This document shows, piece by piece, positions 42,556-52,948 of a stretch of DNA of 64,000 bases. The stretch comes from an uncultured Candidatus Rokubacteria bacterium (lineage in GTDB: Bacteria > Methylomirabilota > Methylomirabilia > Rokubacteriales > CSP1-6). The notes under the pieces were generated by a model. It had not been told where the DNA came from and made no database searches. It saw only the letters and a program-made list of their open reading frames with translations. The DNA is taken from contig CAVWFS010000011.1 in NCBI GenBank assembly GCA_963754315.1, positions 192,001-256,000 on the forward strand. The letters run 5' to 3'. The position numbers and the translations under genes are program-made. Every line of letters starts with the position of its first letter. Within the stretch, counting starts at the first letter, position 1.

Positions 42556-43149
42556 TTACCGCCGACTCCACGTGAACCACGTATCAATGCCGCCCTGGAG
42601 GCTCGTCTTGTAGCGCGCCATGCCCGGGGCCGTCAGGAACGTGCCATCGATCCGCACATTCCCGATGTACAGAATCTCGTAATTCGTCTCGTCCCCCCAG
42701 TGCAGCTTGATCAGTTCGCCCTCGCGGCTGATCGTCACCGGAGACGCCCCACTCGGCAGCACCGTCACCACGCCTGCGCGAACGTGGACGGGACGGGCCA
42801 CCGTCTCGGTCACGAAAGGCAACGTGCCTAAGTCCAGGTGCCGTGGAAACGATGGATACGGCATCAGGTAGTTGATCTCGGCATCGTCGAGGACGTTCGC
42901 CACCAGCGAGATCGTGGACTCGGTCACGACATAGATATCCTTGACGCGGCTCCCGTCCGGGGAGTGGCCATAGAAGACGTTGTACTGGCCGTCGTTCAGC
43001 ATGGGCCGGAGGTCCCAGTCGCCTTGCGTGCCTCTCAAGACATGCGTGCGGGACATCTGGGCGTTGGGAAAGTACGCGGCCAAGTCGATCACCTCCGCCT
43101 GCGCCCTTGAGGCCAATGCGGCTGATATCGTCGTCAGCGTGACGAACAT
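42556..43149 (-). CDS. Secreted hypothetical protein
   Basis: GGAGG RBS; N-terminus ending AQA. Confidence 0.6.
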   Translation of the reverse strand: MFVTLTTISAALASRAQAEVIDLAAYFPNAQMSRTHVLRGTQGDWDLRPMLNDGQYNVFYGHSPDGSRVKDIYVVTESTISLVANVLDDAEINYLMPYPSFPRHLDLGTLPFVTETVARPVHVRAGVVTVLPSGASPVTISREGELIKLHWGDETNYEILYIGNVRIDGTFLTAPGMARYKTSLQGGIDTWFTWSRR

Positions 43150-43168
43150 GAGTCCTCCGATGATTAGG

Positions 43169-43324
43169 TCAGTCCGAGACCGAGAGCCTCATGGGTGACG
43201 GGTGCGCCTTCTTGCCGTTTCGACTCGCCGCCGCAACCTTGGCCGGCGACGTCCTCTGGCCGCCGACCTTGCCGAGGGCGGCCGCCGCCGCCGATAAGTC
43301 CGAGGTCTTCGCCTTCTGAACCAT
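43169..43324 (-). CDS. 51-aa basic hypothetical protein not in the ORF track (MVQKAKTSDLSAAAAALGKVGGQRTSPAKVAAASRNGKKA...)
   Basis: AGGAGG RBS; AAALG..GG..S.AK..A...NG.K pattern recalled from small phage-associated proteins. Confidence 0.5.
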   Translation of the reverse strand: MVQKAKTSDLSAAAAALGKVGGQRTSPAKVAAASRNGKKAHPSPMRLSVSD

Positions 43325-43430
43325 TAGGTGATCCTCCTGAGCTGTGGAGGATACCCCAAGCGCATGGGAGTTGCGACTGAAAGGTGATGGGCGGCGATTC
43401 GGAAACCGGTGGCGATCACCTCGGTCGACG

Positions 43431-45917
43431 TCAGAGCAGCCCCAGGACGCGCCAGTACGGGACCGAGAGGCCCAAGCCGAGCAGGATCAGCGTGGTGTAC
43501 GCGAGCGCGAACCGCTGGGCCTGCGCGTGCGAGAACAGCTTGCCCTCCGACGCCGACTGCGCTACCAGGTAGCTCGGCGTCTGCGAGGGCAGAAACCACG
43601 CGACCGATGTGGCGAGCAGCGCGATGACCACGAGCCACGGCTCGACGCCTACGCGGGACGCCACCGGGAGGAGCGTGACGCCGACGAGCACCACGGTCAG
43701 GTCCTGATCCAGCACGAGCCGGGTCACCAGGCTCACGCCGGCCACCGCGAGCACGAACGCGAGCGGTCCCGGTTGGACGGTCCCGAGCAGCCGGTCGACG
43801 GCGGTGGCCGCCATGCGGTCGAGACCCACCGTGGCGCCGAGGCGGCCCACGGTCAGCACGGCGCCGAAAAAGACGAGGAAGCCCCAGTCCAGTGATTGCA
43901 GGGCCGGTCGGTCGAAGGTCCCAAGCGCCACCGTGGCCAGCAGGCCGAGCATCGCGACGGTGGAGAGGTCGAGCCTTAGCCACGGCGCCGCCACCCAGCC
44001 GGCGACGGTCAGCACGAGGATGACGATCGTCCCGACCTCGCGGGGGGCCACCGGGCCCAGTACCGCAACCTGCAGACTGACGCGCTCCAGTGGAAGGCGG
44101 GCCACCGGCTCGGGACGGAACATCACCCATAGCAATACGAGCGAGCCCAGGACCACGCACAGGGCCAGCGGTACCGTAGCGCCGAACCAACCCACCCAGC
44201 TGAACCTGGCCCGACTTGCCTCCGGCAGGAGACCCCAGGCGAGCAGGCACGTCCCGGAGCCGTTGAGGAAGGCGAACATCAATGGCCCGGCGCCCACCCA
44301 GGCGCCGAGCCCGAGTAGGGCCGACGACCGTCCGCGCTCGCGAAGGCGAAGCGCCTCAGCCACCGCGAGCGCCAGGGGCGACGTGAGCGAGACGCGGCCG
44401 GTGCTCGACGGCACGAGCGGCGTGAGGACAATACCCGTGAGCAGCAGGGTCGCCGCCTGCCAGACGACGCTCTGGGGGAGGCGTCGCACCAGCAGCAGGC
44501 CGATCCGGAAGAGCAGTCCCGAGCGCGCGGTCGCCGCTGCGAGGCCGTAGGTGGCCATGACGAAGAGCCATTCCTTGGAGGCGAAGCCGGCGAGCGCGGC
44601 CGACGTCGACGCCACGCCGAACAGTACCCAGCCGGTCACCAGCACGAGGGCGATCGTGAAGTCGGGCACGACGCGGCTCATCATCAAGACGAGCGCGGCC
44701 GCGAGCAGCCATACGAACGCCCACTGCGACCCGGCTCCGGGCCAGCCGGCGATCGCTGCGCAGAGCGCGCCAGCGCCCACGCAGACGAGTGCGGGGAGGC
44801 GAGCCCGCCGGCGTGGGGCCGACGGCGCCACGCCGGTCCGGAAGCCAACCGCGGTGTCTGCGGATCGACTGGTCGAGAGTCGGGCAATCGCGGCGGACAG
44901 CCGCTGGCCCCCCGCCACGTCGCCGGCGACGAGCGCCACGCCGAGAGCCCGCCGCAGGACGGTCAGGGCCCGGGCCGCGTCCCCGCGCGAGTCATGGAAC
45001 CGGGCCCGAGCCAACGCGAGGTCGCACTCGCCGACAGCGTGCTCGTCGTCCACGCGCTCGATCCACCTCAGGGCGTGGTTGCTGTCGAGGGCAGGGACGG
45101 CGCGCAAGGCGCGTCCCAAAATCACGCTGAAGTCCTCTGGTGTCGTGACGCGCGCCAGCACCCCGAGTGCGTCGTTCCACAGCCCGACCGCCACGAGCCG
45201 GTCGGCCACGCTCGTAGCCCGCGCAGACAGCCCGGCGCGTCCGTGTTCGCGCTCGAAGCGTCCGTGGACGACCCGCGCCGTGGCGTCGCCATCGCTCCCG
45301 CCCAGTCTGAGCGCCTGGCAATCGGCGGCGACCGTCTCGGCCTGGGTTCCGAACAGCGCGCGAAGGGGCGCCGGCGCCAGGGTCTCGAGCAGACTCGCCT
45401 CGAGCACCGCGTCACGGCGGGCGGCGGACAGCTGATCGAGCGCCGGCTCGATTGCGCCCGCAACAAAGCCCGCGTGGGCAACCCAGTCCTTGTTCGCCGA
45501 GCGTAGTCGGTCGCTGAGCGTGGCGGCGATCGTCAGTGAGAGGGCGGGCTCGCGCCCGGCCAGGGCAAGGAAGCGTTCACGGGGCATCATCAGGATTGTG
45601 CTGGCCTGCTCCGCGCGGACCGTTGCCGAGCGGGGCTCGCCGGTGAAGAGGGCCATCTCACCGAAAAAGTCGCCGGGCCCGAACGTCGCCACCCTGAGGG
45701 TGCTGCGGCCGTCCGCCGCCGCTACAAATGCGCCCAGGGCGCCTTCGGCCACGATGTAGAGACTGTCGCCGGCATCGCCCTGCCGGAACACCTCGTGGCC
45801 CGCCGGGAGCTCGACGGGCTCCAAATGCGCCGCGAGCTTCGCTAGCTCGACGCGACTGAGCGCTGCGAACAGACCGACGCGGGTGAGCAGCTCTTCGGGA
45901 CGGGCCGCCTCGGTCAT
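43431..45917 (-). CDS. cNMP-binding domain, helical linker and SLC13/DASS-type permease fusion
   Basis: FRQGDAGDSLYIV, FFGEMAL..GEPRSATV; PSSTGR, many TM helices. Confidence 0.8.
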   Translation of the reverse strand: MTEAARPEELLTRVGLFAALSRVELAKLAAHLEPVELPAGHEVFRQGDAGDSLYIVAEGALGAFVAAADGRSTLRVATFGPGDFFGEMALFTGEPRSATVRAEQASTILMMPRERFLALAGREPALSLTIAATLSDRLRSANKDWVAHAGFVAGAIEPALDQLSAARRDAVLEASLLETLAPAPLRALFGTQAETVAADCQALRLGGSDGDATARVVHGRFEREHGRAGLSARATSVADRLVAVGLWNDALGVLARVTTPEDFSVILGRALRAVPALDSNHALRWIERVDDEHAVGECDLALARARFHDSRGDAARALTVLRRALGVALVAGDVAGGQRLSAAIARLSTSRSADTAVGFRTGVAPSAPRRRARLPALVCVGAGALCAAIAGWPGAGSQWAFVWLLAAALVLMMSRVVPDFTIALVLVTGWVLFGVASTSAALAGFASKEWLFVMATYGLAAATARSGLLFRIGLLLVRRLPQSVVWQAATLLLTGIVLTPLVPSSTGRVSLTSPLALAVAEALRLRERGRSSALLGLGAWVGAGPLMFAFLNGSGTCLLAWGLLPEASRARFSWVGWFGATVPLALCVVLGSLVLLWVMFRPEPVARLPLERVSLQVAVLGPVAPREVGTIVILVLTVAGWVAAPWLRLDLSTVAMLGLLATVALGTFDRPALQSLDWGFLVFFGAVLTVGRLGATVGLDRMAATAVDRLLGTVQPGPLAFVLAVAGVSLVTRLVLDQDLTVVLVGVTLLPVASRVGVEPWLVVIALLATSVAWFLPSQTPSYLVAQSASEGKLFSHAQAQRFALAYTTLILLGLGLSVPYWRVLGLL

Positions 45918-46002
45918 CCGCGCTACCCCGCACGCCGGACCCGGGTCATCGACGCAGGGTCCGCAGTTGCAGGCGATCGGCCAAGGTGCTAAAACCGCCC
46001 AG

Positions 46003-47454
46003 ATGTCGGCGCCCGCCGAGGAGTTCAACTACCTCGTCGTCAGCGACCTCCACCTCCACGAGGTCGATCGACATCCCGCCGGCCGGTTGTTCTACTTCGA
46101 TCAAGATTTCGCCGATTTCCTCCGCCACTACCGCCTCGCCTACGTCGGGCCGCGGCGCTGGCGCCTGATCATCGACGGCGACTTCATCGAGTTCTTCGAG
46201 ATCGTACAGCCGCCCGATGCCGACGACCCGCTCCTGCGCGGCGTGACGTTGACCGCCGACGATCGCCGGTTCTTCCCGGGCACGGAGTGGCAGAAATCGG
46301 TGTGGAAGCTGGACCGGGTGCTGCGCAGTCACCCGCAATTGCTGCTGGCCCTCGGCCGCTTCCTGCTGGCCGGCAACGAGATCTACATCCTGCGCGGCAA
46401 CCATGACCTCGAGCTGTTCTGGCCCCAGGTCCAGGACCACTTCCGCCTCGTGCTGGCCCAGCATCATCCCGCCGACACCACGTATCGGGACATGAAAGCC
46501 GCCGTGCAGGAACGTCTGCACTTCCTGCCGTGGTTCTACCTCGAGCGGGACCTCGTGTATGTGGAGCACGGGTGCCAGTACGATCCCTTCTGCACGAATG
46601 AGCACAACCTGTGCCCTGTGATCCCGGACAAGCCGCGTCAACTCCAGTTGCCCTTCGCGGCCTTCACCATGCGCTATTTCGCCGCGCGAATGGCGATGAT
46701 CGATCCGGCCGCGATCGAGAACGTCAACTCGGTGCCCGGCTACCTGGGCCGGCTCATCGCCAAGAATCCCCTGCAGGCCCTGCAGATGCCGTACTACTAC
46801 GCCGAGATGATCATTCGGACGCTGCGCAAGGTGAACCGCCCCACGCCGGAGGCCGCGCGCGCCGTCGCGGCGGGTGAGGCAGATGTACGGCGCGAGTTGG
46901 TCGAGAAGTACGGGGTGCCGCCGTCGGCGCTGGCGGCGATCGAGGATCTGCGCGCGACCCCGATCCTCGGCAGCCTGCGTACCACCATCAAAAGCTTCTC
47001 GCTGGACCTGGTGGTGGGAGGGATCGCGGCGGCCGTGGCGATCTGGCTGGCGACCCCCCGCACGCTGGGCGGCCGGATGACCGCGACGTCGCTGTGCGGG
47101 CTGCTGGCCGCCGGGCTTACTGCGGGGTGGGTCCGGCGCGCGTCGACGATCAACGACCACCGCAATCTGCGCGACATCGCCCGCCGCATCGCCGACACCC
47201 TCGGCGTTCGCTACGTCGTGTTCGGGCACTCGCACGAGCCCGACGCCTATCGCCTGCTGCCCGAGGCGAATCGCGAGTACTTTAACGTGGGGACGTGGGT
47301 GCCCAACATGAACGAAGGCCACTTCGTTTTTCTCCAGATTTCGCGGGACCGTGAGGGCTCGGCTCAGCTGATGCGCTGGAACCGGAAGGCGGAGCGACCG
47401 GAGGAGCTGGATCCTGAGCTGTTCAGCCACGGCGCGCGGCCAGCTCGCGCGTGA
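46003..47454 (+). CDS. Calcineurin-like metallophosphoesterase with a membrane hairpin
   Basis: SDLH, DGDF, RGNHD, EHG, FGHSH motifs. Confidence 0.8.
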   Translation: MSAPAEEFNYLVVSDLHLHEVDRHPAGRLFYFDQDFADFLRHYRLAYVGPRRWRLIIDGDFIEFFEIVQPPDADDPLLRGVTLTADDRRFFPGTEWQKSVWKLDRVLRSHPQLLLALGRFLLAGNEIYILRGNHDLELFWPQVQDHFRLVLAQHHPADTTYRDMKAAVQERLHFLPWFYLERDLVYVEHGCQYDPFCTNEHNLCPVIPDKPRQLQLPFAAFTMRYFAARMAMIDPAAIENVNSVPGYLGRLIAKNPLQALQMPYYYAEMIIRTLRKVNRPTPEAARAVAAGEADVRRELVEKYGVPPSALAAIEDLRATPILGSLRTTIKSFSLDLVVGGIAAAVAIWLATPRTLGGRMTATSLCGLLAAGLTAGWVRRASTINDHRNLRDIARRIADTLGVRYVVFGHSHEPDAYRLLPEANREYFNVGTWVPNMNEGHFVFLQISRDREGSAQLMRWNRKAERPEELDPELFSHGARPARA

Positions 47455-47887
47455 GCTGCTGGACGCGGGCCTCCAGCTCCCGCACGTGCTCGTGCAGCCG
47501 CTGAATCTGCAGCCGGTGGTTCAGCGCGTCCTCGATGATCTGCAGCAACTCGTCGTTCTGCCACGGCTTCTCGAGGTAGTGGTACAACCCGACCTCGTTG
47601 ATGGCCCGGATAGCGCTTTCCTTGTCGGCATAGCCGGTCAGGATGATCAGCGGCGCTTCGACGTACAGGCGCCGCACTTCCTTAAGGAAGCTGACCCCGT
47701 CCATCTCCGGCATGAGGAAGTCGGAGATCGCCACGTCGAAGGGCCGCGTCCGGATCGCTTCCAGGGCCGCGTGACACGAGGTGAAGCCGAGGATTTGGTA
47801 GTGTCCCTCGAGGGACAGCAGCGCCTCGAGACTCTTGACCACGAGGGGGTCGTCGTCGACGACGAGAACGCGTCTCCGCTCGGTCAT
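47423..47887 (-). CDS. Response regulator (receiver plus coiled coil)
   Basis: VVDDD, SDFLMPEMDG, LTGYAD, KPW. Confidence 0.9.
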   Translation of the reverse strand: MTERRRVLVVDDDPLVVKSLEALLSLEGHYQILGFTSCHAALEAIRTRPFDVAISDFLMPEMDGVSFLKEVRRLYVEAPLIILTGYADKESAIRAINEVGLYHYLEKPWQNDELLQIIEDALNHRLQIQRLHEHVRELEARVQQLTRELAARRG

Positions 47888-47928
47888 CGTATCAAACAAC
47901 GAATTATACCCTTGAGGGGCTCACGCCA

Positions 47929-49281
47929 GTGGGAGACCTAGAGGAGGCACGGGACGAAGCGGCACGGCAGCGGGCGCTCCTCGCCCTCGTCGTCGAGACG
48001 AGCCTGGTCCTGGGCGCTGATCTCGAGTTGTCGACTCTCCTGGCCAAGCTCATGGCGCTTGCCGAGCGGATGCTCGGGGGCGAGGCCAGCTCGGTCATTC
48101 TCCTGGGCGAGGGGCGTGCGACGTTGCACTGGGCCGTGGCCGGGGGCCCCGTCCCCACGGACGTCCTGAGCCAGACGACGCTGGCCCTGGGGGAAGGCAT
48201 CGCCGGGACCGTGGCCGCCACGGGTGAAGCGATCATCGTTGCCGACGCCGAACACGACGCCCGCGTAGCCCGGCGGGTTGACGCCGCCACCGGGTTTCAC
48301 ACGCGCTCGATCGTGTGCGTGCCGATCCGGTTCCGCGGGGCGGTGACGGGCGTCATCCAGGTCCTCAACAAGCGGGTGGGGACGTTCGACCGGCAGGATG
48401 GCGAGATCCTCGCGCTCATCGCGGCCGAGGCCGGCGTCGCGATCGAGAACACGCGCGTCTACGGAACCTTGGAAGAACGCGTCAGGGAGCGGACGGCCGC
48501 CCTGACCGCGGCTAACGCCCGGCTGAGCGAGACCTTGGCCGAGTTGCGGCAGGCCCAGGCCCAGCTCGTCCAATCCGAGAAGATGGCTGCGCTCGGCAAT
48601 CTCGTGGCCGGTCTGGCCCACGAGATCAACACGCCGCTGGGCGCGATCACCAGTAACACCGACGTCGTGCTCCGCGGCCTCGGCAAGATCGTGTCGGGCG
48701 ACACGACGCGCGCGGAGATCCTCCCGCTCCTCGACGGGCTGCTCCGAACCAGCGCCGAGGCTTGCCGGCGGATCTCCATGATCGTGAAGAATCTCAGGAA
48801 CTTCGCCCGACTCGACGAGGCGGAATGGAAGATCGCGGATCTGCGCGAGGGCATGGATAGTACGTTGACCCTCGTGGAACACTTGCTCCGCGGGCGCATC
48901 GAGATCGTCCGCGACTACGGCGAGGTGCCTGCGATCGCGTGCCATCCGGGACAGCTCAACCAGGTATTCATGAACCTCCTCGTCAACGCGATCCAGGCCA
49001 TCGACGGGCGCGGAACCATTCGTATCAGGGTCGGCGTCGACGACCGACATCTCCGGATCGACATCGAGGACACGGGCCGCGGCATCGCGCCTGAGCACCT
49101 CCCTCGCATCTTCGATCCTGGCTTCACGACGAAGGGCGTGGGCGTCGGCACCGGCCTCGGGCTCGCGATCTGTCATCAGATCGTGACCGCCCACGCCGGC
49201 ACCATCACGGCGGAAAGTCAGCTCGGCAGGGGCAGCACGGTCTCGGTCCGGCTGCCGATTGCTCGCCGTCAGGGGCCCTGA
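47929..49281 (+). CDS. GAF-domain sensor histidine kinase
   Basis: GEGIAG GAF; AHEINTPL H-box, NAIQA, DTGRGI, GTGLGL. Confidence 0.9.
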   Translation: MGDLEEARDEAARQRALLALVVETSLVLGADLELSTLLAKLMALAERMLGGEASSVILLGEGRATLHWAVAGGPVPTDVLSQTTLALGEGIAGTVAATGEAIIVADAEHDARVARRVDAATGFHTRSIVCVPIRFRGAVTGVIQVLNKRVGTFDRQDGEILALIAAEAGVAIENTRVYGTLEERVRERTAALTAANARLSETLAELRQAQAQLVQSEKMAALGNLVAGLAHEINTPLGAITSNTDVVLRGLGKIVSGDTTRAEILPLLDGLLRTSAEACRRISMIVKNLRNFARLDEAEWKIADLREGMDSTLTLVEHLLRGRIEIVRDYGEVPAIACHPGQLNQVFMNLLVNAIQAIDGRGTIRIRVGVDDRHLRIDIEDTGRGIAPEHLPRIFDPGFTTKGVGVGTGLGLAICHQIVTAHAGTITAESQLGRGSTVSVRLPIARRQGP

Positions 49282-49326
49282 CGCCGTGCTCGGTACGGCC
49301 GATCTCGTGGCGCACCAGAAGGAGCG

Positions 49327-50256
49327 GTGATCATACGAACGCGGGTGAAGATCATCGCGAATCCCTTCTCAGGGGGCGGCAGGGCGGGGCGGCTGGCCCG
49401 TGACGTGGCCGGGGAGCTCCGGCGCCGAGGGTGCGCCGTGGACCTCTGCCAGACTCTCCAGGCCGGCGACGCGCGGCGCGCCGCCTCCGAGACGGGCGGT
49501 TACGACGCGGTAGGATGCGTCGGGGGTGATGGCACCGTGAACGAGGTGGTCAACGGACTGAGCGGACCCGTTGCGCCGCCCCTCGCCGTGTTGCCGAGCG
49601 GCACCGCCAACGTCCTGGCCAAGGAGCTCAGACTTCCCCGCGATCCTGAAGGTTTGGCCCGCGTCATCCTCGAAGGACCGGAGGTTCGCTGGGACCTGGG
49701 GATCGACTGGCTCAGCAGTCGCAAGCTACTTCTCTTCGCCAGCACCGGCTACGACGCGCATCTAGTGCATCTCTTCCACGCGGCACGGCCGCGCTCGTTC
49801 CGCGTGTGGAGTCATGCGTGGGCGAACATGGGGTTGTACTTGGTGTGGGCCCTCAGAAGCGTGCAGGCCTACTCCGCACCACGCATCCGGGTGGCGCTCG
49901 ACGGACGTCCCGTGGCGGACGACGCGACCTGGGTTCTAATCTCGAATGTTGCCTCGTACGGGGGTCCGTTCGTGTTTACCCTCCGCGCGCGGCCCGACGA
50001 CGGCGTCTTCGAAGTCATGGTTCAGCGCGCCAGGCGCCGGAGAGACGTCCTGCGGATGTTTTGGACGGGAATCCTGAACTATCTTTTCGGCACCGATCAC
50101 AGCGCGCCGGACGTGACGTTCCACCGCGCGCGCGAGGTTCGTCTGGCCGGTGAAGACGGACGCGCGGCGCCCGTTCAGATCGACGGCGACCCGGCGGGCC
50201 GCCTTCCCGTACAATTCGAAGTGATCGCGGGCGCGATCCGGATCCTGGTTCCCTGA
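49327..50256 (+). CDS. Diacylglycerol/lipid kinase family protein
   Basis: NPFSG, GGDGTVNEV, PSGTANVLA, QIDGD. Confidence 0.85.
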   Translation: MIIRTRVKIIANPFSGGGRAGRLARDVAGELRRRGCAVDLCQTLQAGDARRAASETGGYDAVGCVGGDGTVNEVVNGLSGPVAPPLAVLPSGTANVLAKELRLPRDPEGLARVILEGPEVRWDLGIDWLSSRKLLLFASTGYDAHLVHLFHAARPRSFRVWSHAWANMGLYLVWALRSVQAYSAPRIRVALDGRPVADDATWVLISNVASYGGPFVFTLRARPDDGVFEVMVQRARRRRDVLRMFWTGILNYLFGTDHSAPDVTFHRAREVRLAGEDGRAAPVQIDGDPAGRLPVQFEVIAGAIRILVP

Positions 50257-50473
50257 CGAGCGGTTAGCGCTCTTAGGGGGCAACACCATCGACTCTTCGT
50301 CACGACCAGTCGTCGTCGCTGGCGGGCGGCGTCTTCATCCTCGATCACCGCTGATCTACCATAGTTTCCTGCTGCCCTGCGGCGCAGGTGCGCTTCGCCG
50401 AGGACGAGAACGTGATTCAGACATGTTGGGCGAACGACAGGATCTGCTCGCGGCGATGCCGGTCCCGTTCGCT

Positions 50474-51592
50474 TCACGGTGACAGAAGTTGCTTGATCGT
50501 TCCCGGGCCTGGGCCGGGAGTGATCTTCCAGGGCCATTCGTGAGAGCCGAATGGCACCAGCGGCGGCAGGAACGGCGTCATGCCTCTCTTCTGAGCTTCG
50601 GAGACGATCGCGTCACGAGCGTTCCCGCCCATCAACTCATAGTCCATCAAGTAATAGTTGCCAAAGAACTCCGCTCCGACGGATCGATCGGCAATGACTC
50701 GGGTGAGCCCGACGAGCATTGCCTCCGGGGTCGTGGTGAAGTCCGTTGTCTCGAACAGCATCAACCGCGAGTTCATGGCATCCGGCCCGAAGAACTGGGC
50801 GAGGACGCTGAAGATGACGTTGTTTTGTCGCGCGACATAGATCGAGTTGCTCACCCCGTACGTCTTCTCCCAGTCCGTTCCGAGCATCTGCTTCCACTTC
50901 TCGACGACGCCCATCCAGTGTGCCACCTGGGTCTCGGCCGCCCACGCGACGTTCTTGGCGAGGTACGGCGCCTGCTTCTTCGCGAACGCGCTCAGGTCCG
51001 CATACGTGATCACGCCCTTCGCCAGCGCGGCATCCATGAAGGCCACGTTGTTGAGCAGCACGATCCGACTGTTGTCGCGCCACGACGGGTCCATATCGAC
51101 ATCGGCGAGGGTGTCGAGCGCCACCTTGTGCTGAGTCCGATCGACCTCCATCAGGGCGCGCCACGACTGGTCCCCGGCGTTGTCGAGATAGGGGCCGGCA
51201 ATCTGAAACAGGGCCATGGAGCTATGGCCGACCGACTTCAACAACTGGTACGCGATCGGCACCGACGGGGCGCGCAGCGGCGCCATGCCGGGACGGTACA
51301 GCGTGAAGTCGCCGCCCGCGCCGGAAAAGAGGGCGAGGATCACGGGGTGCTGCGCCAGCAATCGCTGCTGATAGAAATTGAGTGCTCGATCGTAGTAGCC
51401 GAACATCGCCACATTCAGGGCCAACACGTTGTCGTTCGCCACTTGCGTCTTCGTCGCCGCGCCCTGGCCGACGATGACGCCCATGTACGCAGGCTTGGCG
51501 GCTGGGCCCTGCGCCCATGCCGTTGTCGCCATGCCAACCAGGGCGAGCGACAGGACCAACCCGCGATGTCGCTTCACTGCTGATTGCCTCAT
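50474..51592 (-). CDS. Secreted hypothetical protein
   Basis: GGAGG RBS, signal peptide ending AWA; long open frame. Confidence 0.7.
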   Translation of the reverse strand: MRQSAVKRHRGLVLSLALVGMATTAWAQGPAAKPAYMGVIVGQGAATKTQVANDNVLALNVAMFGYYDRALNFYQQRLLAQHPVILALFSGAGGDFTLYRPGMAPLRAPSVPIAYQLLKSVGHSSMALFQIAGPYLDNAGDQSWRALMEVDRTQHKVALDTLADVDMDPSWRDNSRIVLLNNVAFMDAALAKGVITYADLSAFAKKQAPYLAKNVAWAAETQVAHWMGVVEKWKQMLGTDWEKTYGVSNSIYVARQNNVIFSVLAQFFGPDAMNSRLMLFETTDFTTTPEAMLVGLTRVIADRSVGAEFFGNYYLMDYELMGGNARDAIVSEAQKRGMTPFLPPLVPFGSHEWPWKITPGPGPGTIKQLLSP

Positions 51593-51692
51593 GTCCAGTC
51601 CTCCGTGGATAGGGTGGCCTGCCTCGTCCGAGCTGAAGGGATCGGTCTGGACAATGACGTGGCATTCCAGGCCGAACCGATGGCGAAGGCCC

Positions 51693-52943
51693 TCATTTGC
51701 AGCCAGGCTCCGGGGCAATCTCGCCGAGCGCCCGCACCGTGACGAGATCGTCTCCCGCTGTTCTGGCGAGGAACATGTTCATCGTCACATGGTGATTCTT
51801 GTTGATCGTCACTGCTCCGGTGGGTGATCGAATCGTCAGCCCTTCCATCGCATCGATCATCGCGTCCTTGTCGACCGTGCCAGCCTTCTCGAGCGCTGCC
51901 TTCAACGCCATCAACGCGTTGTAGTGCGTCATCACGTAGTTCGAGACAGTCGCGCCAGCGCCGGCATCGGCCTTTACCCTGGCGACAAAGGTCCTGACCG
52001 ACGGGATGTTGCTCGAGGCGACAAACGGCACGACAACGTACATGTTCTCACCCTTGCCGCCAAAGACGGTCAGGTCGGCCTCGGACAGGCCGAGAAAGGC
52101 GACGGTGGTGTCCCTGAAGAGACCCTGATCATGCGCCTGGGGGATGAAGTTCAAGCCGTCGCCCTTGAGGGCGAACAAGAGGACCTTGGCTTTCGTTTTC
52201 GCGATCCGCTTGATGACAGGGGTGAAATCCGTTTCTTTCCCGGTGGTGAACTCCTTGCCCACCACGCGGCCTCGAAGCGTGGCGATGATCGGCTCCGCCA
52301 ATTCGAACATCTTCTGTGGCCAGGCATGCGCGGCCCCGAGCATGTAATACGTCGTGCCGAATGTGCGGTTCATGAATGGGAGGAGCTGGTCGAGCTCTTG
52401 ATTGGGAACGGTGCTGAAGGCGAAGATGTATCGACTGCACTTGCCTCCCTCGTAGTTGGTGGCATAGAGGAGCGGCGTCTTCATGCGCTCGACGACCGGA
52501 GCGAGTGCATTCAGGCTGCTCGACGTGATGGGCCCCACGATGGCCAACACGCCGTCGCGGTCGATCAGTTTGCGCGCCGCGCTGACCGCGACGTCCGGGT
52601 TGGTCTGGTCGTCCTCATAGAGCATGGCCACCGGCCTGCCGAGGATGCCGCCGCCAGCGTTGATGTCCTTGACGGCCAGATCGAGCCCCAGCTTCGCCTG
52701 CCGGCCGTACAGTTCGACCCCGCCCGAGAACGGCAGCACCGCGCCGATCTTGATCGGGACCGAGGGCGATGCGCTGGGTGCTCGGGAGGGCAACGCGCAG
52801 CAGAACAGCAACGCGAGCGTGAGAAGACACACGGGGTGGAACCTCACTGTCCCGCTCAGAGATACCTCCTCTGCTTCGAACTCTCGGCTCCTGCAGTGGG
52901 CAAGGGCGCGTTGGCAGCAGGAAGGCTCCGGCCGACCTATCAC
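51693..52943 (-). CDS. Amide/urea/branched-chain amino acid-type ABC substrate-binding protein (start uncertain)
   Basis: IKIGAVLPFSG, IN.GGGILGR, LLY.TNYEGG, VPNQ. Confidence 0.85.
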   Translation of the reverse strand: MIGRPEPSCCQRALAHCRSREFEAEEVSLSGTVRFHPVCLLTLALLFCCALPSRAPSASPSVPIKIGAVLPFSGGVELYGRQAKLGLDLAVKDINAGGGILGRPVAMLYEDDQTNPDVAVSAARKLIDRDGVLAIVGPITSSSLNALAPVVERMKTPLLYATNYEGGKCSRYIFAFSTVPNQELDQLLPFMNRTFGTTYYMLGAAHAWPQKMFELAEPIIATLRGRVVGKEFTTGKETDFTPVIKRIAKTKAKVLLFALKGDGLNFIPQAHDQGLFRDTTVAFLGLSEADLTVFGGKGENMYVVVPFVASSNIPSVRTFVARVKADAGAGATVSNYVMTHYNALMALKAALEKAGTVDKDAMIDAMEGLTIRSPTGAVTINKNHHVTMNMFLARTAGDDLVTVRALGEIAPEPGCK

Positions 52944-52948
52944 CTGCT

